From the human T2T-CHM13v2.0 reference genome, Homo sapiens: a DNA stretch of 64,000 bases. The position numbers and the translations under genes were made by a program. Every line of letters starts with the position of its first letter. Position 1 is the first letter of the stretch. The stretch is taken from positions 33,344,001-33,408,000 of the forward strand of contig CP068257.2 of NCBI GenBank assembly GCA_009914755.4, given 5' to 3'. Shown one piece after another: positions 13,966 to 28,108 of this stretch. The notes under the pieces were generated by a model. That model had not been told where the DNA came from. It did not search any database and saw only the letters and a list, made by a program, of their open reading frames with translations.

Positions 13966-16717
13966 TTTTCCCTAGCTATTTTCATTAGACCTCAATACCT
14001 ACAAATCAGACCGAAGTTCTGCCCTCCGGGATATTATGAAGATACATATTTGGCTTCATAAAGAAGCTCTGCTCTGCTTCTATGGATTTAACCAACTGTG
14101 GATCTCTCTACGTATAGACCTGTATATATGGATGGTTGTCTGTATTGAACATGCGCAGACTTTTTTCCTGTCATTCTTCCCTAAACAATACAGTATAACA
14201 ACTATTTGCATAGCATTTACATTATGTTAGGTATTATAAGTAATCTAGGGTTGATTTAAAGTATACAGGAGGATGTGCACATGTTATATGCAAATACTAC
14301 ACCATTTTAGAAAAGAGACTTGAGCATCTGAAGATGTTGTTATTCCAGAGGGGTCCTGAAACCAATACCCCCATGGATACTGGGGGGTGACTGTACTTAA
14401 AACAATAGTGTGTGGTGGAAAGTGCTAAACTTCCTAAAAGTTGTCCAAATGGTGAGCTGTGTGGGTTTAGAAGAGGGGAGAGAAGGCTTCTAGCTAGGGA
14501 AGGAGGGGTGGAGAGGGTAGCAATTGCAAAAATCTTTGTAAAAACAGTGACATTTGTGACACAGAAGAGCAGTTGGGTGTGTAGCTCTTGGGGGGCGGAA
14601 ATAGTTTTGGAGGGGAGACAGGGTGGCTGAAAACAGAGAAGAGAGAGGATTATTTGTTGAAGTGAAGAGTTTATAAAGGAGAGTTAAGGAAAGTAATTTT
14701 GGAAAGATGGATTGAGACTAAATTATGGAAGGTCTTGGTTTCACGGCCAGTTGAGTTGTGTTTTATCTGCAGAAGAAAGCTATCAAATATTTTTGAGTCA
14801 GTATTCACAAAATCAGGACAAAATGTAGGTGAAAGCCAGAGTTTAACTCTGAAAATTACTTGTGTCTTATTGGAAATTTGGAGGGAGATTGAAAAAAATA
14901 CATCAATTGGTCTTTCCAAAAAAAAAAAAAATTACAGAAGAAAAGCTAATCATTTTCACACTGTTCAAGCTCAATGAGATCTAGTTGAGATTACAGATTA
15001 ATACAAAGCTCTTGCTTACATTTTGAAGTTAGTATTTATTAGCACATATCTTGCAAGAGTATATCATCAACTGCCTTTCCCAAATTGAAAAATTTCCTCA
15101 AATATATGGGCTCCTTTTTTCATGATCACTATCCTTCCAGGAGAAAAATAAAATTAAATTTAAATTCTCCCTAATGAGGGAAGTAAAACACTAAGGAATA
15201 AGTTTTATCCAGTAGGATTGAGCTTTGGAGGTCCACAAGTCATTATAATTGTAAGACTTTTTCTATCCCTGAATACTAATTTTCATCCCCCTGGGTGCAA
15301 TATTGCTCCCATTGGGACTGCATGGTGTAGGCCCAAGCTTGCTTTGCCATGACATTTTGACGAACACCGTGGAAGCTCTCTGATGTCTGGTGAAGTCTGC
15401 GTCACAGAAGGGAGGACGGATACAATCTCCTAGCCAAATAGGTTGACAATTGATAGGCTATGTGAAAGATTTGATTCAAAAATCAAACAGAGAACCTAGA
15501 GAACTACTGGGGAAGACAATATTGCTAGAGCACCATGATCAGTTACATGTTGGTTATTATACGTCCCTTAGGCTACCAGTGTTTCCTGTAAAATAATCTG
15601 CCTTTATTTTTTGCTACGCATTCTGCTAGGTGATATCGGTAGAAAAGTTAAAAAAAAAAATGCTAGAGGTGGATCTCACAAAACATAGCAGTGTGAGGGT
15701 GAGCATCAACATAGTATGCCTCTGAAGTCTTGAATTTACTCTTGCTATCCAAATTACCTCACTCAAACGGGGAAATGTTCCTTCCATTAAGTAATAGCTG
15801 TGAAAATATTTATCTTCACCAATTCAATGGATATTCTTTGGAGAAATCTCTGTATAATTTAATAAATTAGAGTGGTTGAGCATATAATGTTGTGTTTTGT
15901 TGTTGCTGCCGTTTTACTGACTATGGCTATTGTGTGAATTTCTGTTTAATCAATCAAAATTATCCATTTTGTCTTTAAAAAGAAAAGAAAAATTTGAAAA
16001 ATAAGAGTAGTCTACACGGTGTTGAATTCCCCACTGTACCCAAAGATCGATGGCTCATCCTTCTGAAGAAGGGAATTTTGAGCCAATATAATAATAATTG
16101 GTGAACTGCTATTATTTTTCAATGATCTTCCATTTAGAGGAAAAAACTTACTGCTTTTACAAGCTCTGGAAAACTACCCCAGGAGGGTTATCTTGGTTCA
16201 CTGAGCTTGGGCTATGGATTTAGGTACCAAGCAGTTTGACAATCTTATACAATTTTTCTTTGGTCAAGTCACTCCAAGACTCCTATCAGCCAAAACTATA
16301 ATTTGATGGTTCATCATTTTTAACCTATTACTACCTGCTTTTGCGGAGAGAGGGGTAGGATTTCAATCCCAAAACATACTTTAAACTGTCATTACAACAT
16401 ATACACATGGAAGTGGGGACAGTCAGGTATTTGATCCAGACTGGATTATGTGTGACTTCACACATACTTTTAGAAGTTACTTCTACAAAGATATTTGGAG
16501 CTTGGAAACACACTGGAATGACTTGGCTGTAAACCTGAATGGAGAATGTCGCTGGAGAGGCCAAAAAGCTGTCTCCATCTTTCTTCCAACATCCTTCTAG
16601 TGTGACCTATTGCTATGTAAGGAAGGTAACTGTTATTCCATCTACTTCATAGTTTTCATCATGGATTCATGAGGCAATGTGTAAAATGTCCAATGTCTTT
16701 AGAGTAAACAGTATTTT

Positions 16718-17026
16718 TTTTTTTTTTGAGACGGAGTCTCTCTCTGTCGCCCAGGCTGGAGTGCGGTGGCAGTGATCTTGGCTCACTGCAAGCCCCGCCT
16801 CCCAGGTTCACCATTCTCCTGCTTCAGCCATTCTCCTGCCTCAGCCTCCAGGGCAGCTGGGACTACAGTCACGTGCCACCATGCCCGGCTAATTTTTTGT
16901 AGTTTTTAGTAGAGACGGGGTTTCACCGTGTTAGCCAGGATGGTCTCGATCTCCTGACCTCATGATCCGCCCGCCTCGGCCTCCCAGAGTGCTGGGATTA
17001 CAGGCATGAGCCACCGCGCCCCGCCC
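16718..17026 (-). mobile_element. Alu SINE (AluY-like) with 13-bp TSD and a 17-bp internal duplication
   Basis: Poly-T then 'gagacggagtctctctctgtcgcccaggctggagtgcggtggc...ccgcccgcctcggcctcccagagtgctgggattacaggcatgagccaccgcgccccgcc' = Alu reverse complement. Internal duplicate 'cattctcctgcttcagc/cattctcctgcctcagcc' at 16811-16846. TSD TAAACAGTATTTT at 16705-16717 and 17028-17040. Confidence 0.95.
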
Positions 17027-17711
17027 ATAAACAGTATTTTTTGACCAATGAGAAATCTGTAAAAAATTCTGCCATGATGACTTACTTTCTATTGATAAGT
17101 ATGAGGGTGCTCATTCTACGTTAGTTTTCTACAGAACTCAAAAATAAGTGGTCCTTGTGGAATAAATGAATGGAAATGTTGTTTTACAAATAAAAAATAA
17201 ACTTTCCTTTCATTTTTACTGTCCTCAGGAATGTGACAAAAAGCATAATTTTGATGTGTTATTATTTGTAGTTTCCCAGAAGGAAAAATATACTGTCAAA
17301 GTTAGGGATCTATTTTTACCGGTATAACAAGATGTCACTGGGAGACCATTACTTTATTGGAAAGTTTTTGTTTTTTTAAAACTTGTCTACTGCAGCTTCA
17401 CATATTTCATAGTTGTGTGTTTCCTGGTTAAAAAGCACGAAACTTTTCAACATTTGCTGCTCATTTTGTGAGCCAGATCAAGGCAAGGAAATTCCAATAT
17501 TTATGAACAACTGTAGAGGGTAATTGAAGGATAGTCTGCTGTTTCTGCCAGTTCTACTGATAAACTGTGGGCTGTTGTATTGTTTAAACCTCTGTCTGCT
17601 GGAAGGCTTCTTTTTCTGATACTGAAGCATGTTTTCCTAAGCCACCTGGATGCAAAGAGGAGATTTTCAGGTGACCTTGGGGTCTCTCCCTTGCCAGACT
17701 TCTCAGACAAA

Positions 17712-17723
17712 ACACACACACAG

Positions 17724-17770
<47 letters not shown>
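17712..17770. repeat. (CA)n dinucleotide microsatellite (about 28 units, one interruption)
   Basis: acacacacacagatacacacacacacacacacac... Confidence 0.95.
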
Positions 17771-17771
<1 letters not shown>

Positions 17772-18837
17772 CATCTTTGTCCATCCTGGGCCAGGTAGGT
17801 TCTTATGAGACAGACCATTATCCCTTGAGTTTGAGAGAGTAAAGATCTCTCGTAATTTCCATCTCGCCTGCAACTCTGAGCCCTGAAGGCTCCAGTCAAG
17901 CACAGCTGACTGGGAACTGTCAAGTCTGGAGGATGCTGCATATATTCCCATGCCTGGGTTCTGGAATAGCATCTGTGACCCACAGCCCCCGGAATAAGAG
18001 AAAGAGTCTTTTTGGATTTGATTTTGTTCATAGATATATGCTCCAAGATATGCCTCAAGCGTTATATGCTATACATCCTCATAAGTCTTTCTTATAAGTC
18101 ATAGTCTTTATAACCAATGCTTTTTTTTTTTGTTTGCATAGGTTGGCAACTCAAAGGTCAGTACCAAGGATTCTCTATAACTGCCATTGAACAATATTAC
18201 AATATTTATTAAAAAAATCTTTCCATAGGTATTTTATCAGGTGCTCTACAAGAGAACTACATAGGCACATATGTGGTTTGGAGGGACTTACAGTCTCATT
18301 CAGGAAGACCTTGACAAACAAATGCTAACATAAAAACCACCAGACTGCTATTTAGCCATTCTGTCTGGGATGACTATATTAATCATTTTATGACAGCGTT
18401 TCTTTCCTTCTGAATGGTTGTTACCAGCGAGGTACCTTTTGCTCAATGTTTGCTTAAAGACATGTCTATATATTATCTGGCAAGTCTATTTCACGTCTGT
18501 TTTAAAGTCATGTCGGTTTTAAGTGCATTAGATAGCACTCTGATGATGTTCACAGTAGTATAAAAACATCAGCTTTGAAATGTTGGGCTCCATTTTCATT
18601 AACAAGTTTTTTTCTCCCCTTGGTCCCAAAGCAACCTAACAGAGAACAGAGGGTAGGACCAAGAGTGAGGAGTGCTGGGTCTGCCAGGTGGAGGGTGCTG
18701 GGTTCGTCTCAGTGGGCTCCAGAGCCAGGTCGCCTGCCCCAGAGCACAGCTCTGCCCCTGCTAGCGCATGGCCGAAAGCGAGCTACTTGCTGTAAAATGG
18801 GATTAAACAACACGAATCCTGCAGGTTGGTGGAAGGA

Positions 18838-18925
18838 TTAAATGAATCAATATACATAAAGCGCTTATGTATAAGTACCTGGCTTGACAGCAAAGGCTAT
18901 ATAAAGATCTGCTATTATTACTTTG
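18838..18925 (+). mobile_element. MIR SINE 3' fragment (tentative)
   Basis: 'catacataaagcgcttatgtataagtacctggcttgacagcaaaggctatataaagatctgctattattac' resembles the MIR 3' end 'catgtaaagcgcttagaacagtgcctggcacatagtaagcgctcaataaatgttagctattattatt'. Confidence 0.4.
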
Positions 18926-21185
18926 GTCTTGGCTTTGTCACTGAAGAGCAGGCTGTGGAGCCCCACTGAGTCTCAGTCTCTTCATATAAACAGTGGACGA
19001 AGTTCTCTGGAACCATTAGCCTTGTCGTTTTCTTTCTAAATAAGGCATCTTGCAAGTACCCAGGGAAAAATCACACCAAGGAAGAGACCACACAATTTAT
19101 TCACCAACGCAGGCCAGTGGGCATAAGCCAGGCCAGTATGGGTCACCCCACATTTATCAGGTCCTACGTAGCCTGGGGATGGGGTATTCTGCCTGTGAAG
19201 ATAGGAGGAGCTGGGTCTTGTTTCAAATTATGAGGGTGGTATTTAAATAGCACCCATGTTTGGCTTCACACTTTTCCCGAAATCTCTCTTTATTCCCGTC
19301 TCATAGGCAGAATCAGGACCAACATCACTGAACAAAGAGACACGAATTAAAAATCAGTTGTTTGGATTTTCATTTCTGCTGAGTGTTCTCTTTTAAAATG
19401 ACCTCTGCTATCCCGAGGGAAACAGTTTTCCCCATTACTGACGGAAAGTGAAGTCTCCTCAGAAGGAGGATTTCCCTTCCAGAAATTCAAAACCAGAAAA
19501 ACTATCAAGACACTGTGATTGTGTGCCAGTGAACAGCCGTTTCCAAAGATTTGAATGGAATAATTTGTTTTTCATGGTTTGTAGGTAGCAGATAAAACTT
19601 ACATGGAAAAATGGACAAGAAGAAATGGAAAATAAGACACAGAACCTGGAATCATCAGCTTAAAAAGCAATTTGCTTTATTTCAGCTGTGCCCAGAAATA
19701 GCTTGAGGTTACCAAGTGAGTATTTCTACTGGAAGCATCAGCTACAATTAGGTCACCAACTTAGAGAAGACGTAGGCGGAAATTTAAACACCAAGTCTAT
19801 CATTATAAAGGTACTTTATCAGCAAAACTGTCAGCTATGGATGGTTGACTTAAAATTATTAAGAGGCTAAAATATCAAAGGAGAAGACAAGTCTGTGGAA
19901 GGGTCCCTCCTAAGATCAACAACAGCTGAGGGTCTAAACATGAGGAAGCGGCTTTAATAGCATTGCTTGTGGAGTTCGTTTTGAAGTCCTTAACTTCCAC
20001 GCCAATCTGATGTGAGAAAAATAGATGCTTCCCTTTGGAGTCCTTGTTCCAACCATGGAAACCTGGGACACACACTTAATTCTGCTGGTGACAGAATGAC
20101 AAATCTGTTATTGTTTAGGATAAGTGAGGCATGGCAATACTCTTCTGAATTTTGGTGAAAATTAGATGTGAAAATCTGTAATGGTACTATTCAAGCTTCC
20201 CCTTAAACAAGAAACATTGAGCAAATAAAAATATGGAGTCCCTGGACCTATTCTAGAAGCCTGGTGCCAAGGAATAGATTTTGCATGGATCAGCTTAAGC
20301 TCACCCAGGAATGGATTTAACTTTCTCCTGGAAAATTTATTTGAAAGTCCAAAAAAAAGAGTATTCATTATTTATGGATTTAGTAATGACTAGATTTTAC
20401 AAATATTTGGATCCACATGAGCCATGGAATTCAGAATAATATTATTTCCTGCCATATTGGTAACTGATTTTTCAAAGAAGATTTTACTTGATAGTTAATT
20501 TAATCCATTTTGCTTGATTATTCAAATGTTCCAAAACACCCAGTGGTGGCCTATTTTTTTTTGTCTCTTTTCACTATAATAATATGGCTTGATGTTTCAC
20601 AATGGCTGTATCTGTTTCCTTAGCTACAAAATGGTTCTGAGACCGGTCTTTCTGTATCTGTAGGTCATTGCCATCAGTGCAGCAAGGAGCCCCCCTCAAC
20701 AAATCTCTCTTCTTTATATGGGGCTGATGCTTGGCCAAAAGCCTGCAAGGGTGAGTCTCAGAACAGCTGCTAAAAATGCAGCTGGATAGTGAGACAGAAG
20801 TGCTCAATGCCAGTTCGCTGGGCACATTCGTTAGTACATGCCAATGCTGGAGGAGCCGTACAGACAGAAGGCACTTCATTTCATCCGCAGGTCACTAAAT
20901 GCCTTTGTCCATTTCCTGCCTTTCCTTTATCACATGGATATTAGCGCTTATCTACTCAAGTCATTATAACTATAAATCGCTACCATCTTTCTTACCAAGG
21001 ATTTAGTCTTTTGTGCCACATACAAGGTGTAGAGAATTCTTCTAGGGATAGACTTCTAAGTCCAAGCTACCCAGGGAACTACCATTTACATCATTCATTA
21101 AGTAAAATAAAGATTGTTGTTGATGAAGGGGTAGCTCTTACTAGGGTCCCAGGGTTAGTCCAAGGCTCAATTATGAAGTCAAAAG

Positions 21186-21186
<1 letters not shown>

Positions 21187-21216
<30 letters not shown>
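21187..21216. repeat. (GT)n microsatellite, followed by GAAA/GGAA-rich tract to about 21255
   Basis: gtgtgtgtgtgtgtgtgtgtgtgtgtgtg then acggaaagaaagagaaagaaagggaaggaggagagag. Confidence 0.95.
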
Positions 21217-21370
21217 ACGGAAAGAAAGAGAAAGAAAGGGAAGGAGGAGAGAGTTTGGATTGGGAAAGTTACCATCCACTCTCCTCTTAGCATACCTAGT
21301 TGTCAATTTTCTGTTTATGTTTTAAAAATATAGCCTCATTAATGATTGCGATACTATTACTATGTTTACT

Positions 21371-21669
21371 TTTTTTATTTTTATTTTTTGAGATGGAGTC
21401 TCACTCTGTCACCCAGGCTGGAGTGTAGTGGCGCGATCTTGGCTTATTGCAATCTCCGCCACCCGGGTTCAAGTGATTCTCCTGCCTTAGCCTCCTGAGT
21501 AGCTGGGATTACAGGCGCGTGCCACAACACCCAGCTAATTTTTGTATTTTTAGTAGAGACGGGGTTTCACCATGTTGGTCAGGCTGGTCTTGACCTCCTG
21601 ACCTTGGGATCCGCCTGCCTTGGCCTCCCAAAGTGCTGGGATTACAGGTGTGAACCACTGCATGTGGCC
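21371..21669 (-). mobile_element. Alu SINE (full length)
   Basis: 'ttttttatttttattttttgagatggagtctcactctgtcacccaggctggagtgtagtggcgcgatcttggc...cctcccaaagtgctgggattacaggtgtgaaccactgcatgtggcc'. Confidence 0.9.
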
Positions 21670-22443
21670 TATCTTTACTTTTGAAATAGGAAATGAACTC
21701 AGAAGTTAAACCATCTTTCAAGGTCTTATAACCGTTAGGTGGTAGAACCAAGATTTGAAGCCTAGTTGGTCTGTTGCCAAAGTCCACTATATTAAGCTGT
21801 TTCCCAAGTGAATCTTTAGGAACATTCCAGGCACCTAGTTCTTCATCCTTTTTGGTTCTTTCTCTCATCCATGATGTCTGGTAGGTTACAAAGAGAGAAG
21901 GCATTAAATGTGTTGTTAACCAGCAAGCGCATGAGGTAGAAATTTTGGAGGATTAAGGCTTTATTGAACCCACCAAATCATACTCCAGGCATCTGTCTTG
22001 TTTTTCACTGTAGCTTCTAGGAAGGTTAAGCATTAGAAACTCGAATGGTGATGTGAATCATAGGAAGCGCTAAGCTAAACTACTGAATGAGTCATTCTTT
22101 CCAGAGACAATGGCCCTTATTTCTCTCAAACTCTTAACAGACTTACAAATGAGGGTAGAAGAAAAGCTACTTAAATTTACTACCCCTACTAATAACACCA
22201 AAATAAATTTATTACTCTACTACAGAGCTTTCACTTTTTCATAAGTTGTTATCAACATTTTGATTTTTGGGTTATCAGAACATCTAACAGCATGTTCTAA
22301 ATGTCAAATAAAAGGTAATTACATGAAATGATAATGATATACAATCTCTTTACTGTCTTATCTAAGACAATCTCTTTTGTGTGCTGGGAGTACAACAAAC
22401 TTGATTCTTGGCTACCTGGGGCAGGGGTTTAGATTACTAAGAA

Positions 22444-22620
22444 TCCTAGAACTACACACAGTCTGCCATAAAACTTATCTGTGGAGGAGACCATTGCAAT
22501 AGCTATAACTCTTTGGTGTGTTGTGGGGGGAAAATGGTTTGAGACTCACTATTTCAGAGGAAGTGGTGGCAAAAGGAAGAGGAGAATGAAGTTGGTAGCT
22601 TGCAGAAATAGCAGAGTGGA
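22444..22620 (+). repeat. Copy 1 of a roughly 176-bp imperfect direct repeat (partner at 23226-23402)
   Basis: 'cctagaactacacacagtctgccataaaacttatctgtggaggagaccattgcaatagctataactctttggtgtgttgtgggg...tggtttgagactcactatttcagaggaagtggtggcaaaaggaagaggagaatgaagttggtagcttgcagaaatagcagag'. Confidence 0.8.
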
Positions 22621-23225
22621 GTAGCTAAAACTTAGCTAGTGGTTTGGTGTGGGGGTGGAGCAGGGTCATCACCATTAACTCTGAAGTTTAGCCCTGCTGA
22701 CTCAGGGGCCAATGGTGCTGCTGCCAGAAATAGGGGAGCTGGAAAATCTGAGAAGATGATTAATTCAGCTGGGGACATATTTGCCTCAAGGTTCCTCAGA
22801 GGGGCATCCCCAGTGGATGTGTTCAGAAGTCAATTGAAAATAAGGCCAGCACCCAGAAATGGGCTGAGCTGGAGGGTTAGAGTTGCCAGTCATGGGTCTA
22901 TGGTGTTCAAGACAAGAGTGGCCAGATTCACAAAGGGAACAAGGTGGACCAGAGAGAGAAGAGAGCCTGGGACAGGGTCTAGGATGTATTTGGAGTAAGA
23001 GAGAAGGAAGAGTAGCTAGAGAAAAAAATGTGGAAAAAGCAGTGATAATAAGATAACAGAAGAAATCATCACAGTGTGAAAAAGCAAGGCCAAGGATGGA
23101 TAATTTGTTCTTGGAGGATGAAGTGGCCTAGACTATAAGCCCCAGAGTAGCAAATCAGTTAGCAAAGTGGCCAATCTCAGTATGTCATTGTGCACCAGAA
23201 GGTCCCATATGAGGGCAGAAAAAAA

Positions 23226-23402
23226 ACTATAGAACTATACACAGTCTTCCATATAACTTATCTGTGGGGGAGGCCACTGCAATAGCTACGGCTCTTTGGT
23301 GCGCTGTGGAGGAAAAATGGTTTGAGATTCACTATTTCAGAGGAAGTGGTGGCAAAAGGAAGAAGAGAAAGAAGTTGGTGGCTTGCAGAAATAGCAGAAT
23401 CA
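23226..23402 (+). repeat. Copy 2 of the roughly 176-bp imperfect direct repeat
   Basis: 'ctatagaactatacacagtcttccatataacttatctgtgggggaggccactgcaatagctacggctctttggtgcgctgtggagg...tggtttgagattcactatttcagaggaagtggtggcaaaaggaagaagagaaagaagttggtggcttgcagaaatagcagaat'. Roughly 88-90% identical to copy 1 by eye. Confidence 0.8.
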
Positions 23403-24669
23403 AAAAGAAGAGTATTTTAAGACAAGAGAAATGCCCAGCCAGTGGAGAGAGACCAGGAGTGGAGAGGAGAGAAGTGCAGGAAGGAAAAGAAGGGAATGAA
23501 GGGTTGATGGAACAGTTCTAGAGGAAGCTGGAGGGCTTGAGTGCAGAAGCACAGTTATGTGGCACATGTCTGCAAAGTAGTTGGGCAAATACAATGTCCA
23601 TCAGAGAGAGGTCACATGAAGATGCAGATAGACCCCGTCATGTGAAGGAAGGAAGTGATCAGGTACTTTCCATAGAACTCATTTCTCTTCTCAGGAATAC
23701 AGGGGTGACAGGATCTTCCCAGAGGACAGGCTGCATGGTATGGGGGTCAGGGCTGGCAGCCCAGGCCAGGTTTGGAATAGCCCCAAAATATATAGCATGG
23801 TAGGAGGTTGTGCATGGATATATTGAGTATTCAGTGCACAGGTTAGGATGAAAAAACTGTGTCAAAGTAGTTATGTGATTCCAATAATACTTAGAAGACT
23901 TAGAACAAGAGCAGAGAAAGTAAGTGGTCATCCTGAGTTAATAAATGAAGGTAAAGAACTTAGCACTTCATTGAAAGGTACAGTAATTTAATATTGATAT
24001 TAGATTGATGGGTCCTTCATTTCCCTATGGTCTCATCATAGTTTCTTGCAATAGGGATGACAGAGCAGGGAGTAATAGGCTGCCAGCAGGACCTCAATGG
24101 AGTGACCCAGTCTTGGATTCAGGCCCATCGGGGCAGAACTAGGTTTGTCAAAGGGTGCTTGCTGACTGGCTTGGAGAGCAGAGGTAGCCAGAGGTGTCTG
24201 GGGTCACCATGAAGACGGCAAGTACAATCTGTAGGAGTGGAATAGGCAGGGAAGGAGTAGAAGCTGTGGATGGAAGAACATTCCAGAATGTGAGATCTTG
24301 GAGATGACACGATTTTTTCTCTGAAAGCTCTCAGCCCATGGTGAGCATTAAAACACTCTCAGGGCGACCACACACCAATCCCTATACTGACCCCTACTCC
24401 AAATGTTTAGGGTGGAGCCCTTTGGGGATACCATATGGGGGTTTCTTTAATATTCCTCAGTGGACTTGGCTTCCTTTCTCACAGACAGACAGGGACTGTT
24501 ATGAATGGGGTACACACCTATTTTATTCACTCATATTTTATTATCCTATATTATATTATTATAGTCATTTCACTGCCACCAGCATTTCCTTCTCCAACGA
24601 TGTGGTATGCGGTGTAACAAATGGTTTTAGAGAAAGTGTCTGGTGGTCTATCAACAACTCTGACCAGAC

Positions 24670-24967
24670 TTTTTTTTTTTTTTTTTTTTTGAGACAGGGT
24701 CTCACTCTGTCACCCAGGCTGGAGTACAATAACACGATCATGGTCGCTGCAGCCTCAACCTCCTAGGCTCAAGAGATACTCCTTGTCTCAGCCTCCAAAG
24801 TAGCTGGTACTACAGGCATGCACCACTACACTGGGCTAATTTTTGTATTTTTTGTAGAGATGGGTTTTGCCATGTTGCCCAGGCTGATCTCGAACTCCTG
24901 GGCTCAAGGGATCCCGCCTCAGCCTCCCAAAATGCTGGGATTTCAGGTATGAACCATTGCACCCAGC
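24670..24967 (-). mobile_element. Alu SINE (older AluS/J-like)
   Basis: Poly-T(24) then 'gagacagggtctcactctgtcacccaggctggagtacaataacacgatcatggtcgctgcagcctcaacctcctaggctcaagagat...cctcccaaaatgctgggatttcaggtatgaaccattgcacccagcc'. Confidence 0.9.
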
Positions 24968-25267
24968 CCAGACTGTTTTGGCTGATCATTTATGTCCCTA
25001 GATACTGTCCACTGTTTCACCTTCCAGTCTGCCTTGCATTAACTTTCAATGCTCTTTCCATCAAATCACACTGGGTCCTATGTCAAAGGCTGGCACTGTT
25101 TGTTTCCTCAAACCTGAAAGTTGAAAGGTCAAGATTCAACATCATGCACCAAGAGTTTAGTCTGTGGAGGAGGTCTCAAAATTGAGGATGGAATAACTAA
25201 CTCCACAAGATGGGGGCAGGGAGCAGGAGATATGTGGCATTTAGCAAAAAAGCCATGGTTCCCTACG

Positions 25268-25700
25268 TGTCTCCCAAATATCCACATCTACCTAGAACCT
25301 CAGGTTGTCACGCTTTTTGGAAATAAGGTTTGTGTAAATGTGATTTGTTAAGATGAGGTCATACTAGATTAGGTTGGCTGCTAAATTCAATGATCAGCAT
25401 CCTTATAAGAAGAGGAGAAGACACACAGGGGTACACAGAGAGATGCCATGCGAAGACAGAGGCAGAAACTGGAGTAATGCAAAGATGACTCAAGGGATGT
25501 CAAGGGTTGCTGGGAGTCACCAGATGCTGGGGGAAGCAAGGAAGGATCCTCTCCTGGAGCCTTCAGAGGGAGCACAGAAATGCCAGCGCCTTGATCTTGG
25601 AATTCTAGCCTCTAGGGCTGTAAGAGAATACATTTCTGTTGTTTTAAACCACACAGTTTGTGGCAATTTGTTATGGCAGCCACAGGAAACTAACACAGTC
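25268..25700 (+). mobile_element. MLT1-like ERVL-MaLR LTR, copy A (ancient, highly diverged); family name from memory of consensus
   Basis: Collinear landmarks of the MaLR/MLT1 LTR: 'tgtctcccaaatatccacatctacctagaacctcaggttgtcac...ggaaataaggtttgtgtaaatgtgatttgttaagatgaggtcatactagattagg...tccttataagaagaggagaagacacacagggg...ccttgatcttggaattctagcctctagggctgtaagagaatacatttctgttgttttaaaccacacagtttgtggcaatttgttatggcagcc'. Confidence 0.6.
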
Positions 25701-27674
25701 CCCTAACCTCAACCACTGAGCTTCACTGACTAGCTGGGAAGTTTCTCCCAGGAGGCCATGTTGTCCCTGAAGCCAGTCCCAATGGGACCGACATGATTGA
25801 CAGGCCAGGGAAGCCTCACCCCACAAGGCTGCATGCCCAGGTAAGTGTGTTTCTTGCACCGCCCTTGCCATGACAATGGCTTGTTCTGACTTACAGCTTT
25901 GTTACTTTGAACTTCAATCAATGGCTGAAAGAGGAACGTTGTTTTGACTAGGCTCGGGGTTTCTAAACTCCCCACTGTGTGGTTTCCAGGTCAGACAGTC
26001 AGGCTTTGTTCTGTGAATCATTGCTGAAAGATTCAATTAAATCTCGCTTCGTCCGCCTTGTGGCCAGGGTTTCAGTGACTTAGCAAGAACAGGAGCATGT
26101 AGCCAGTTGCTGAGGAAAGCCAGACATTTGAGGGGAGCGGGCTGCTGACACGAGGCAGGGAGCACAGAGATCTTCGGGGCTCCAGACAGCGGTGAAGAAT
26201 GAAGTCCCCAGGCGCCCAGCTTCTTGGCTGAGAAGGCAGCTGTTGATTCCTGACATACTAATTTAGGACCCGAAAGAGAAAGTGAGGGGGCTTTGTAAAA
26301 TCACTTAAAGGAGGCTGAATGTCAAGGGGGAGATGAGCCATGTGTTAGCACCACTGTCCTTTTCACGCAGGCATGAGAAAGAATCACAAATGTGAGTCTG
26401 GTTGAGATCTTTATGGTTAGGAGGCCTCCTTTGAAGTCTGACATCGCTAAAAAAATTCTCATAAAACCAAAGAGGGGGAAAAAAAGAGCATTTTATCCTA
26501 GCTAGGAGAGCACCAAAGTATGTGGAAAGGAGAAAAGGCTACAGCCCTCTGCAGAAACAGGAATTCGGCAGAACCCCAAGTCACTCAGAAAAGAGAAAAT
26601 GAAAGACAAGATTTCTTGAAGTGCCTGGAAAATGCTAGCTTTGTGTGCAGACTTGCTCTAGAGGGGACAGTCTTGTGTGATGCCAGAGATCCAGGCTGAT
26701 GAACGACTCCCATCCCCAGGGCACAGGTGGCCTGAAATCACGGAGATTCTTAGAACCTCAGTTTGGTTTCTTATTTATAGAATGAGACAATTCATGCCAC
26801 CTCTCTTTTCTCTTGCAGGATTTTGTGGGGCTCAGAGGAGTTGCTGTTTGTGAATTCACTCTGTAAATTTCTAGCATCCTATAATTGTAGACAAGTCAGT
26901 ATGCGCCCCTCCTCAAGGCTGGGCTTAGGATCCCAGGACATCCCTATTGCCTGCACCACATCGGGTGCCAGCTAAGGTAGAGGAGGGGTGCCAAGGAAGA
27001 TCAGAGAAGCCCAGCTCCTGGTGCCCCTGGGGTCAGTACGGTCCTTCTTCCCTTGTATCTGCAAAGGACTTGTGGACACAGCCGGGGGAAACATGGTTGC
27101 TAAGAGACTGGCATTGCTGCACTTTCGAGGACACCAGGCGTGTAGTCTCATCTTTCATCAACATTCCTGGGGCTGCTCCTTTCATACATGAGCCCAGAAG
27201 GACCAGGGCGGTGCAGATCCCAGGGAAGGGGATGGCAGGGCTCAGCTGCCCAGCCTGCTGTCCTGCTGTGGCTCTGTGCTGCAGCATCATCTAGTACTTT
27301 CAAAAACTGTGCTGTGGGCACTCGCCTCGGCTCCTGTACAACTGTCCTTCCCATCTCCATCTGCCAAACTCATTCTTACCCCTAGGACCTGCTGAGATGC
27401 TGCCTCTACCATGAAGCCATCCCTGAGAACAGTAGCTTGTTATTTCTACTGCTGCTTCCAGCTTTGATTGGCTCTTCCCTACTCATCCCCTCACCTGACA
27501 TCCGGACAGTGTGTGCAACAACTTATTATGATTATTATTGGGATGGTCTCCTCCGGCACCCATAATCCTGTCCTGAGTGAGCACCCTGCACATGAGGTTG
27601 TTTGAGAACACTGGCTGAACCTGTCAACAGTTGGTGGATTCTGATCCAGTAGCTGATAGTGGGCAGGAGAATAG

Positions 27675-28108
<434 letters not shown>

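Noticed and set aside
17501-18058. 185-aa minus-strand ORF, the longest in the track
   Set aside because: It runs straight through the (CA)n microsatellite at 17712-17770, giving the '[14 protein letters not shown]' segment. No recognisable domain. An open frame through a dinucleotide repeat is a statistical artefact.
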